DNA from: Candidatus Zapsychrus exili
GTDB lineage: Bacteria > Omnitrophota > Gorgyraeia > Zapsychrales > Zapsychraceae
NCBI GenBank assembly: GCA_030765585.1
Contig: JAVCCJ010000023.1
Span: 1 to 47,748 of the forward strand
Direction of reading: 5' to 3'
DNA: 47,748 bases
Shown here: positions 39,396 to 47,748 of the stretch, in pieces
Layout: every line of letters begins with the position of its first letter
Numbering within the stretch: the stretch's first letter is position 1
Notes under the pieces: generated by a model
Seen by the model: only the letters and a program-made list of their open reading frames with translations
What the model was told of the DNA's origin: nothing
Databases searched by the model: none
Translations under genes and position numbers: made by a program

Positions 39396-40388
39396 TTATA
39401 TCAATACTTTGAGTAATTTAACAAAAGCATCTAAATGCTCAAATTCTTTTCCTGTTGCATCTTTTAAATCAATTACATTTATTTGATCTTGAAGCACTCC
39501 AACAGCTTTACCATAAATGCCCTGATTAATTAAATCTACTGCAGCCGCTCCAAGCCTTGTTGCAAGAATTCTATCCTGTCCCATAGGAGTTCCGCCTCGC
39601 TGAACATGCCCCAAAACAACAAAACGACTTTCAAGACCTGTCATAGTTGTGATGGTATTTGCAATTTCATGAGCTTTTCCAGCGCCCTCTGCAACAACAA
39701 TCATCCAACTAATTTTTCCTTTAGCATGCCCTTCTTTCACTTCATGACACATACGCTCATAATCGAAATGTCTTTCCGGAATGATAACATCCTCTGCGCC
39801 AGCTCCCAAAGCAACCTCAACTGCAATATATCCAGACTTGTTACCCATAACCTCGATAATAAAGATTCTCTCCATACTATGACCTGTATCACGAATCTTA
39901 TCTATTGCATACAATGCAGTATTTACTGCTGTATAGCATCCAATGGTTTGGTCTGTTCCGTTTAAATCGTTGTCAATTGTTCCTGGCAAACCAATTGTTG
40001 GAAAATGATATTTTTCCCAAAGAGCTGTTGCTCCCCTATAACTTCCATCGCCACCAATCACAACAAGCGCATCTAGATTGTGCTTGTGCAATATCTTAAC
40101 TGCTTTTTCTTTACCTTCGTCTGTTCCAAATTCTTTTGAACGAGCTGTTTTAAGTATTGTTCCGCCTCTTCCTATAATATTTGATACAGAACGATGATTA
40201 AGAGGAATAATCTCTTCGTTTAACAGCCCAGCATAACCCTTCATAATTCCATCAACTTCAATACCAGAATTCAAAGCAGACCTAACTACACTACGAATTG
40301 CAGCATTCATTCCTGGACCATCTCCACCGGAAGTTAAAACACCAATTTTTTTTGCCTTCTTATTCAAATTAAGATTGAAAAGCGACAT
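39396..40388 (-). CDS. pfkA: 6-phosphofructokinase (PfkA family, divergent active-site residues)
   Basis: TSGGDGPGMN, GGTIL.TAR, GGDGS, PGTIDND, LGHVQRGG. Confidence 0.9.
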   Translation of the reverse strand: MSLFNLNLNKKAKKIGVLTSGGDGPGMNAAIRSVVRSALNSGIEVDGIMKGYAGLLNEEIIPLNHRSVSNIIGRGGTILKTARSKEFGTDEGKEKAVKILHKHNLDALVVIGGDGSYRGATALWEKYHFPTIGLPGTIDNDLNGTDQTIGCYTAVNTALYAIDKIRDTGHSMERIFIIEVMGNKSGYIAVEVALGAGAEDVIIPERHFDYERMCHEVKEGHAKGKISWMIVVAEGAGKAHEIANTITTMTGLESRFVVLGHVQRGGTPMGQDRILATRLGAAAVDLINQGIYGKAVGVLQDQINVIDLKDATGKEFEHLDAFVKLLKVLI

Positions 40389-40416
40389 ATTTATTCTCCT
40401 ATTTTAAGAATAATAA

Positions 40417-41820
40417 TTAATACCTATAATGCTCTGGTTTATAAGGGCCTTTTTTGTCTATTCCAAGATACTTAGCTTGTTTATCTGTTAATTTAGTAAG
40501 CTTAGCACCTATTAGTCCTAAATGCAACCTCGCCACTTCTTCATCAAGCTTCTTAGGAAGCATATATACATCTATAACATAATCATTTTTCCAAAGCTCT
40601 ATTTGAGCCAAAACTTGATTTGTAAACGAATTGCTCATAACAAAAGATGGGTGTCCAGTAGCACAACCTAGATTTACCAATCTTCCTTCAGCAAGCAATA
40701 TTATAGAACGTCCATCTTTAAAATAATATTGATCAACCTGTGGCTTTATGTTTTCCTTTTTAATCCCAGGTATTTTTTCTAATTCAACTACTTGTATTTC
40801 ATTATCAAAATGACCAATATTGCAAACTATTGCCTTATCTTTCATTTTTGACATATGCTCAGCTGTAATAATATCGCAATTTCCGGTAGTCGTTACATAT
40901 ATATTACCCTCATCTAACGCTTCCTCTAATGGCTTTACTTCAAAACCTTCCATTGCTGCTTGAAGAGCACAAATAGGATCGATCTCTGTAACTATTACGC
41001 GAGCTCCGTAACTTTTCATAGAGTGAGCACAACCCTTTCCAACATCCCCATAACCACAAATAACAACAACTTTTCCTGCAACCATAATATCGGTCGCACG
41101 CTTAATTCCATCAGCTAAAGACTCACGACATCCATATAAATTGTCAAATTTAGATTTTGTTACTGAATCATTTACATTGAAAGCTGGAAACAGCAACTTA
41201 CTATCGTTTTTCATTTGATAAAGACGATGTACTCCTGTTGTAGTTTCTTCTGAGACACCCTTAATCTCTTTTGACATTTTAGTCCAAAACTGAGAATCCT
41301 CTTGCAACGTTTCTTTAAGAATTCCAAAAAGTTCTTTTTCGTCTTCTGCACCTACCTTAACGTCTAGAACTTTAGAATCAGATTCTGCATCACAACCTAT
41401 ATGTATCATTAAGGTAGCATCTCCTCCATCATCTACAATTAAGTTTGGACCTTTACCGCCTGCAAAAGTTAATGCCTTTTTCGTGCACCACCAATATTCC
41501 TTAAGCGTCTCACCTTTCCACGCAAAAACAGGAACACCTAAATCAGCAATAGCTGCTGCTGCATGATCTTGGGTTGAAAAGATATTACAACTAGCCCATC
41601 TCACCTCAGCTCCTAAAGCAACAAGTGTTTTTATAAGAACTGCTGTTTGTATTGTCATATGCAGAGAGCCCATTATTCTGGATCCACTTAAAGGCTTTGC
41701 AGCTTCATATTGCTTTCTTATAGCCATTAAGCCCGGCATTTCAGCTTCAGCAAGCTCAATTTCTTTATGTCCAAATGCAGCTAATGACATATCTGCAATT
41801 TTATAATCTGGTGATGTCAT
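40417..41820 (-). CDS. ahcY: Adenosylhomocysteinase
   Basis: [45 protein letters not shown]. Confidence 0.98.
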   Translation of the reverse strand: MTSPDYKIADMSLAAFGHKEIELAEAEMPGLMAIRKQYEAAKPLSGSRIMGSLHMTIQTAVLIKTLVALGAEVRWASCNIFSTQDHAAAAIADLGVPVFAWKGETLKEYWWCTKKALTFAGGKGPNLIVDDGGDATLMIHIGCDAESDSKVLDVKVGAEDEKELFGILKETLQEDSQFWTKMSKEIKGVSEETTTGVHRLYQMKNDSKLLFPAFNVNDSVTKSKFDNLYGCRESLADGIKRATDIMVAGKVVVICGYGDVGKGCAHSMKSYGARVIVTEIDPICALQAAMEGFEVKPLEEALDEGNIYVTTTGNCDIITAEHMSKMKDKAIVCNIGHFDNEIQVVELEKIPGIKKENIKPQVDQYYFKDGRSIILLAEGRLVNLGCATGHPSFVMSNSFTNQVLAQIELWKNDYVIDVYMLPKKLDEEVARLHLGLIGAKLTKLTDKQAKYLGIDKKGPYKPEHYRY

Positions 41821-41838
41821 GATATTAATCCCTTACTT

Positions 41839-42990
41839 TTATGCGTCTTTCTTTAATTTTGCAGCTTTATCTGTTTTTTCCCAACTAAAATCATTGCGAC
41901 CAAAATGACCATAAGAAGCTGTCTTTTTGTACTTTGGTTTTAATAAATCTAGTGTTTTTATGATACCTTTTGGGGTTAAATCAAAATGCTTTCTAATCAA
42001 CTCAACAAGTTTTTGTTCAGAAACTTTTCCTGTTCCAAAAGTATCTACATAAATACTGACTGGTTCAGGATAGCCAATAGCATAGCTTAACTGAACTAAA
42101 CATTTTTTAGCTAAGCCTGCAGCAACTATATTTTTTGTAATATAGCGTGCCATATAAGTAGCTGATCTATCCACCTTAGACGGATCTTTTCCTGAAAAAG
42201 CTCCACCACCATGAGGGACAATACCTCCATAAGTATCAACTATAATTTTTCTACCTGTTACGCCTGTATCTGATTCAGGCCCACCTACGACAAATTTTCC
42301 TGTTTCGTTTATATAGAACTTCGTATTCTTATCAATAAATTTTCCAACAATTGGCATAGCAACATTTTTTATTATCTCACGGCGAGCCTTTGCTGTAATT
42401 TTCTTACCTGTTTTGTCAACAATGTCTTCTGTGTGCTGACAAGCTAAAACAACTGCATCAATACGCTTCGGCTTATCATCAACATACTCAACAGTAACTT
42501 GACTTTTGCAATCTGGACCAAGATAGTCTAATATTTTTTTCTTCCTGACATCTTCTACTCTTTTAACTAGCTTATGAGCAATAGTAATCGGAAGAGGCAT
42601 AAGTTCTTTCGTTTCATCTGTAGCATAACCATACATAATTCCTTGATCACCAGCTCCGCCAACATCAACACCTTGAGATATATCAGGTGACTGACGATTT
42701 ATAGCGTTTAAAATAGAGCATGTTTTCCCATCAAACCCATACTTATTATCATTGTAACCTATATCAGCTAAAACGCCTCTAACTAGAGGTTGAAGATCGA
42801 CATATGTTTTTGTTGTGATCTCTCCACCTACTATAACAAGCCCTAAACTAATGAAAGTTTCACAAGCAACTCTTCCCTTAGGATCATCTTTTAAAACTGC
42901 ATCTAAAACAGCATCTGATATTTGATCGCAAACTTTATCTGGATGTCCGTTACCTACCGACTCTGATGTAATAAAATATTGTCCTTTCAC
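41839..42990 (-). CDS. metK: S-adenosylmethionine synthetase (GTG start)
   Basis: [40 protein letters not shown]. Confidence 0.98.
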   Translation of the reverse strand: MKGQYFITSESVGNGHPDKVCDQISDAVLDAVLKDDPKGRVACETFISLGLVIVGGEITTKTYVDLQPLVRGVLADIGYNDNKYGFDGKTCSILNAINRQSPDISQGVDVGGAGDQGIMYGYATDETKELMPLPITIAHKLVKRVEDVRKKKILDYLGPDCKSQVTVEYVDDKPKRIDAVVLACQHTEDIVDKTGKKITAKARREIIKNVAMPIVGKFIDKNTKFYINETGKFVVGGPESDTGVTGRKIIVDTYGGIVPHGGGAFSGKDPSKVDRSATYMARYITKNIVAAGLAKKCLVQLSYAIGYPEPVSIYVDTFGTGKVSEQKLVELIRKHFDLTPKGIIKTLDLLKPKYKKTASYGHFGRNDFSWEKTDKAAKLKKDA

Positions 42991-43018
42991 TTCTGTTCCT
43001 TTCTTTTTAATCTATAAA

Positions 43019-43753
43019 TTAGAAATTTTTTTCTGCTGTCTGATACGCCTCGATACTTCCGATATCATACCATTTACCTGTAAAATTAAAACCATATACT
43101 TCATTATTTTTACACAACCAACGTATATAATCTCCAGCGGTATCTGATTTATCTATCTCTCTTAAATAATCTGATACAAGATTTAATGTATTTTTGGGTA
43201 AATAGTAAAAACACATCGCAATCAAGCTAGACTTTGGATTTTGAGGTTTTTCCTCAAAAGAAGTTATTTTTCTACTATCATCTATTACAACAACGCCAAA
43301 CTTTTTAGCGTCTTGTAAATTCTCAATATCATAAAGCCCTATTGTTACTGAATTCGGCTTTTGCTTTGTTAAGTCAACATAATCGTCCAAATTAAAATTA
43401 AAAAGATTATCTCCACCAACAATCAACAAATCATCATCTACATTAACATTATCTAAAACAAAATTTATATCTCCAATCGATCCCAGCCTATCATCAGGAG
43501 TTTCTGTTTTATCATTCACAATTTCTATATTAAAACCAATGTCGCTATGTGTCTCTGCCCAAGTTTTAAAATCATTATTGAATTTATTATTAGTTACAAC
43601 AATTACTTCATTTAATCCATCAAGATCTTTAATTCTATCTAAAATATGATCAACTAAAGGCTTATTCTTTACTTTTAAAAGAGCTTTTGCAGTATTCTGA
43701 ACTAGGGGATATAATCTCGTACCATAACCTGCAGCTAATATCAAAGCTTTCAT
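43019..43753 (-). CDS. Sugar-phosphate nucleotidyltransferase family protein
   Basis: LILAAGYGTRL.P, GDN, FEEKP, WYDIG. Confidence 0.88.
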   Translation of the reverse strand: MKALILAAGYGTRLYPLVQNTAKALLKVKNKPLVDHILDRIKDLDGLNEVIVVTNNKFNNDFKTWAETHSDIGFNIEIVNDKTETPDDRLGSIGDINFVLDNVNVDDDLLIVGGDNLFNFNLDDYVDLTKQKPNSVTIGLYDIENLQDAKKFGVVVIDDSRKITSFEEKPQNPKSSLIAMCFYYLPKNTLNLVSDYLREIDKSDTAGDYIRWLCKNNEVYGFNFTGKWYDIGSIEAYQTAEKNF

Positions 43754-43798
43754 TAATTGTCCCTATAGTAGTTTTACTACCTTAAATAATACAATTAT

Positions 43799-45553
43799 TT
43801 ATATACCAAAAAGATTTGGTGATATTTGCTTTAGTTTAGTCTTTATGACATCTTCTACTTCTTGACCAGTCGCTAAAGAAAGAATTTTATTTGCCAATTC
43901 TTGCGCATCACTAAAGCTCACACTTCTTATAACATTCTTTATTTGCAAAATACTTAAAGGCGTCATGCTAAGCTCATCTACGCCTAAGCCTAATAAGGCA
44001 AAAACCAATATAGGCTCGCTCCCCATTTCTCCACATACAGCTACTTTAATTCCTTCTTTGTGAGCAGCATCAACGGTAGCCTTAATCATTCTCAAGACTC
44101 CTGGATGAGATGGCTCGTAAAGTTCAGCTGTCTGCTCGCTAACACGATCAACAGCTAAAGTATATTGTATAAGATCATTTGTTCCTATGCTAAAGAATGC
44201 GGCTTCTTTTGCCAAAATATCTGCTGTCATAACCGCAGAAGGCACCTCAATCATAACTCCTACTGGGATATTTTCATCAAAAGCAATATTCTCTTCTCTT
44301 AAAGACGCTTTAACCTCTTCTAAAATAGCATTTGCTTGCCTTAAATCTTGTGGACCAGAAATCATCGGATACATCATTTTTATTTTTCCAAAAACAGACG
44401 CTCTTAAAATAGCTCTTAACTGAGTCTTAAAAATATCCGGACGAGCCAAACAAAACCTAATAGCCCTCCATCCTAAAAATGGATACATCTCTTTTGGAAT
44501 TTGAAGGCTCGATATAAACTTATCACCACCTAAATCTAAAGTTCTAATAGTAACAGGACTCGGATTAATACTCTCAACAACATGTTTGTAGGCCTCAAAT
44601 TGCTCTTCTTCAGAAGGAAGATCTACTCTATTCATATAAAAATATTCGGTTCTATATAAACCTACTCCCTCTGGGCAATGTTTCTTTATGTTTTCAATTT
44701 CTTCTGCTAATTCTAAATTTGCAAATATCACAACTTTCTTTCCATCTGTTGTTTCTGCAGACAATTCTTTAATACCTTCAAATTGATCGCGAAATTCAAC
44801 AATCCTATTTTGTTCTTTCTTGTACAAATCTATTGTATCTTCAGTTGGATTTACGATAACCAAACCTTTTCTACCATCGACAATAATGTAGTCCTGGTTA
44901 TATATGCGTAAAGTAGAGTCTTTAAGACCAACTACGGCAGGAACCCCTAAAGACTTAGCCATAATAGCAGTATGCGATGTTCTTCCACCTATATCTGTTA
45001 TAAAAGCAATTATGTTTTTATTATACATATTTGCGGTATCTGATGGAGACAAATCATGGCTAACAATAATCATCTCCTCTGTCAAATTATCAAATTCATG
45101 CATCTTTGATTCGCCCATAAGATTCTTTAAAACACGTCTACCAACATCATTAATATCAATAACTCTGTCCCTTAAATATTCATCTTCTATTTTTGAAAAC
45201 ATCTTTACATATTTCTTAAGCACATCAAAGAATATATACTCTGCTGATAATTTATCTGCACGTATTCTCTGTATAACCTCTTCAATTAATGACCTGTCTT
45301 CTAAAACTAATAAATGAGCGTCCAAGATTTGAGCATGCTTAGCATCCTGCCCTGCACTTATTTTCTTCTGTATTTCTATAATTTCTTCTCTAGTCTTAAT
45401 CAAGGCTTCTTCAAAGCGAGCAATTTCAACAGGCGCCTCTTCCTCCAATATAGACCTCGGAGGAACGACAAACTCTTGCTTATCTAAAATAAATGCTGCT
45501 CCAGCTGCAACTCCAGGTGCTGCTGGTATACCTTTTAAAATAATTTCTTCCAT
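43799..45553 (-). CDS. ptsI: PTS enzyme I
   Basis: GGRTSHTAI (phospho-His), [32 protein letters not shown]. Confidence 0.96.
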   Translation of the reverse strand: MEEIILKGIPAAPGVAAGAAFILDKQEFVVPPRSILEEEAPVEIARFEEALIKTREEIIEIQKKISAGQDAKHAQILDAHLLVLEDRSLIEEVIQRIRADKLSAEYIFFDVLKKYVKMFSKIEDEYLRDRVIDINDVGRRVLKNLMGESKMHEFDNLTEEMIIVSHDLSPSDTANMYNKNIIAFITDIGGRTSHTAIMAKSLGVPAVVGLKDSTLRIYNQDYIIVDGRKGLVIVNPTEDTIDLYKKEQNRIVEFRDQFEGIKELSAETTDGKKVVIFANLELAEEIENIKKHCPEGVGLYRTEYFYMNRVDLPSEEEQFEAYKHVVESINPSPVTIRTLDLGGDKFISSLQIPKEMYPFLGWRAIRFCLARPDIFKTQLRAILRASVFGKIKMMYPMISGPQDLRQANAILEEVKASLREENIAFDENIPVGVMIEVPSAVMTADILAKEAAFFSIGTNDLIQYTLAVDRVSEQTAELYEPSHPGVLRMIKATVDAAHKEGIKVAVCGEMGSEPILVFALLGLGVDELSMTPLSILQIKNVIRSVSFSDAQELANKILSLATGQEVEDVIKTKLKQISPNLFGI

Positions 45554-45819
45554 TAGGTTTTATCTCCACTTAATAAATCTTCTAATTCTTTTATAACCAA
45601 TTCTGCATCGTCACCTTCAACCTCGACAGATATAACACTACCTCTTTGTGCGGCAAGAGCCAAAATACCCATTATAGACCTTCCGTTAACCTTCTCTCCA
45701 TCTTTGCTGATGTTTACAATAGAATTGTATTTAGAACAAACCTGTACAAGCAAAGCGGCTGGACGTGCATGTAGCCCTTGATCATTTTCAACTGTTATTT
45801 CTTTTTCTATTCGTGGCAT
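45553..45819 (-). CDS. ptsH: HPr phosphocarrier protein
   Basis: GLHARPA (His15) and RSIMG (Ser46 equivalent). Confidence 0.95.
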   Translation of the reverse strand: MPRIEKEITVENDQGLHARPAALLVQVCSKYNSIVNISKDGEKVNGRSIMGILALAAQRGSVISVEVEGDDAELVIKELEDLLSGDKT

Positions 45820-45822
45820 ATT

Positions 45823-47064
45823 TTATCTCTTTATAACTCTATGAGACTCTATCATTCTAATTAAGGCTTTATTTAGCTTAGAAGAATCATGCCTTACATA
45901 GTCGGTCACACCAAGTAAATCTGTAGCAAAAACCTCACAACCAGCATTTCTTATGGCATTAGCATCTGCTTCAACAGGATAAGAATTTTCTTCCTTATAT
46001 TTTTCTAAAGCTTCTTCAGGAGGTTTAGTATTATTTATAAGACATGCATTAACCATGCCTTCACCTGAATGATCGATAATCGCGTTTAAATGCTCACTAG
46101 CCGAATATCCATCCGTCTCTCCACTCTGGGTCATTACATTACATATATATATCTTAAACGCCTGCGATTTTGAAACTGCCTCACTTATTCCTTTTATAAG
46201 TAAATTTGGAATAACGCTAGTATATAAACTTCCTGGTCCTAAAATAATAATATCTGCATCTTCTATCGACTCTATTGACTCTTTTGTAGGCGCTGCATCC
46301 TTTGGCGTTAAAAATAATCTTTTTACCTTAGAGTCTGGATTTGGAATCTTAGCTTCGCCTTCTGTCTTAGTTCCGTCTTCATACTCTGCGACAAGATGAA
46401 CATTTCTTACAGTCGAAGGAACAACCTTTCCTCTAATAGCTAAGACCTTACTAGTCTCCTTTACTGCTCTTTCAAAATCTCCGCCTGTCAATTGTACCAT
46501 AGCCGTTAAAAACAAATTTCCAAAATTGTGACCCTTAAGCTCAGAGTCTTTTGAAAATCTAAACTGAAAAAGCTCGCCCATAAGAGCTGGTGCATCCGCT
46601 AACGCTACAAGACAATTCCTAATATCACCTGGAGCAACAATATTAAATTCTTCCCTTAATCTACCTGATGAGCCTCCGCTATCTGCAACTGTTACTATAG
46701 CTGTTATATTCGCTGTATAATCCTTAAGACCAAAAATTAAATGAGAAAGACCATGCCCTCCACCAATAACTACAATTTTAGGACCTCTCTCTAAATATCT
46801 CTTTTGATAAAGAATATTTATAAGATCTCTTTCTCCTTTTGGTAAAAATAAAGTCAAAAGAGACACTATCATATTGCCAACGCCTAAAACAATAACAACA
46901 AGACCCAATAATATCCAAAGTATTCCAAACGATTTTACAAAAGGATATGGTGCAGATACAAAGCTAGCGCCTACGGCAACAACAATAATCCCACAAAAAG
47001 AAGCGAGCAACCATCGTTTAACCTTTATACCTGGGTACAGCCATTTAAAAGGATTCTTAGGCAT
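45823..47064 (-). CDS. yvcK: YvcK/GlmR (CofD-like, UPF0052) protein with N-terminal TM segments
   Basis: Two hydrophobic N-terminal helices; GGG.GL, VTVADSGGSSG, PGDIRN, GHNFGNL, GPGSLYTS..PN, RHD. Confidence 0.88.
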   Translation of the reverse strand: MPKNPFKWLYPGIKVKRWLLASFCGIIVVAVGASFVSAPYPFVKSFGILWILLGLVVIVLGVGNMIVSLLTLFLPKGERDLINILYQKRYLERGPKIVVIGGGHGLSHLIFGLKDYTANITAIVTVADSGGSSGRLREEFNIVAPGDIRNCLVALADAPALMGELFQFRFSKDSELKGHNFGNLFLTAMVQLTGGDFERAVKETSKVLAIRGKVVPSTVRNVHLVAEYEDGTKTEGEAKIPNPDSKVKRLFLTPKDAAPTKESIESIEDADIIILGPGSLYTSVIPNLLIKGISEAVSKSQAFKIYICNVMTQSGETDGYSASEHLNAIIDHSGEGMVNACLINNTKPPEEALEKYKEENSYPVEADANAIRNAGCEVFATDLLGVTDYVRHDSSKLNKALIRMIESHRVIKR

Positions 47065-47067
47065 CTT

Positions 47068-47541
47068 TTAACCTGCCAGCTGTGCATCTTCCTGCTGGAT
47101 AATTTTCAATATAGTTTTGCTATCTTCTGCTGCTTTTAAATTATCTCTTATATGCTTATCCTTAAGCAAACGAGAAATTTTAGCCAACGCTTTAAGGTGA
47201 GGTCCTGCGGAATCAATAGGGGCAATCAAAAGAAAGAAAATATGAGCAGATTCTCCGTCTAGAGAGCTAAAATCAACTCCCTCCTTACTTATGCCCAAGC
47301 AGCTAACAAGTTTATTTACACAATCGCATTTTCCATGAGGAATTGCAATTCCTTGTCCAATTGCAGTTGAGCCCAAAGCTTCGCGGGCCATTAATACTTC
47401 TAAAACCTTGTTCTTATGCTTCTTTTCAATGGCATTTGCTTCTATTAATAAGTCTACTAACTCTTCTATTATTTGTGGCTTTGTTTTGGATTTAAGATCT
47501 GCCGAGATGGCTTTAGAACAAATAAAATCACTAGTTTTCAT
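47068..47541 (-). CDS. PTS EIIA component (PtsN/fructose-type)
   Basis: True start is probably MKTSD at 47541 (AAGGAG RBS; the longer ORF overlaps the tRNA). RE..GST.IG.GIAIPH, F.SLD, HLK.LA. Confidence 0.9.
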   Translation of the reverse strand: MKTSDFICSKAISADLKSKTKPQIIEELVDLLIEANAIEKKHKNKVLEVLMAREALGSTAIGQGIAIPHGKCDCVNKLVSCLGISKEGVDFSSLDGESAHIFFLLIAPIDSAGPHLKALAKISRLLKDKHIRDNLKAAEDSKTILKIIQQEDAQLAG

Positions 47542-47594
47542 ATAGGAACTCTCCTTACAAGACAATATCGTTATTATAATTTTTTTAACAAAAA

Positions 47595-47668
47595 AGCGGC
47601 GGATGGGATTCGAACCCACGACATCCACCTTGGCAAGGTGGCATTCTAGCCAACTGAATTACCGCCGC
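47595..47668 (-). tRNA. tRNA-Gly(GCC)
   Basis: GCGGCGG acceptor stem, anticodon arm CCACC-TTGCCAA-GGTGG, T-loop TTCGAAT; CCA not encoded. Confidence 0.97.
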
Positions 47669-47698
47669 ATATATTTTTTTCTATCAAACAAACGTTAG

Positions 47699-47748
47699 TG
47701 GGCGGAAGAGGACTTGAACCTCCATGGATTTCTCCACTAGTTCCTAAG
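47699..47748 (-). tRNA. tRNA-Leu(TAG), 3' part (truncated by the window edge)
   Basis: CT-TAG-GA anticodon loop, long variable arm TGGAGAAATCCA, T-arm GGAGG-TTCAAGT-CCTCT, acceptor strand TCCGCCC-A. Confidence 0.88.

Noticed and set aside
42991..43018. SAM or SAH riboswitch ahead of metK/ahcY
   Set aside because: The intergenic gaps are only 28 nt and 18 nt, too short for an aptamer.
47542..47628. N-terminal extension of the EIIA ORF
   Set aside because: It overlaps tRNA-Gly, and a strong AAGGAG RBS supports the start at 47541.
47595..47748. tRNA-targeted integrated element
   Set aside because: I noticed no duplicated tRNA 3' end and no integrase next to the tRNAs; core genes follow directly.

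Overview
An AT-rich bacterial core-genome window in which every credible gene (about 44 CDS plus 2 tRNAs) lies on the minus strand; all + strand ORFs in the track look like antisense shadows. Read in transcription order (right to left): tRNA-Leu (partial), tRNA-Gly, a permease-less PTS module (EIIA, YvcK, HPr, EI), nucleotidyltransferase, metK, ahcY, pfkA, ilvC, methyltransferase, leuA, aroE, pilD, aroK, dprA, topA, xerC, then a ~16 kb LPS block (waaA, lpxK, LpxL-ELM1 fusion, GT4-GT9 fusion, GT4, three GT9, heptose kinase, kdsB, kdsA, kdsD, kdsC, LptC-LptA fusion, lptB), tig, clpP, a frameshifted class V aminotransferase, serA, a CcdA-like protein, purA, an OmpA/MotB lipoprotein with a coiled-coil partner, uppS, cdsA, dxr, rseP, a lone CpaF/TadA ATPase and the start of proS. 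Gene content suggests a diderm, possibly PVC / Candidatus Omnitrophota (inference only). No prophage, transposase, CRISPR array or defence island is visible, and I cannot point to a clear-cut new multi-gene system. The most unusual signals are the small intergenic palindromic elements (a perfect 46-bp palindrome, inverted heptamer arrays, a nested GC-rich hairpin, XerC-arm-like inverted sites in front of xerC), a 2-nt frameshift, several domain fusions or deletions, a PfkA with an altered MGR motif, and an orphan Tad ATPase where ispG often sits.
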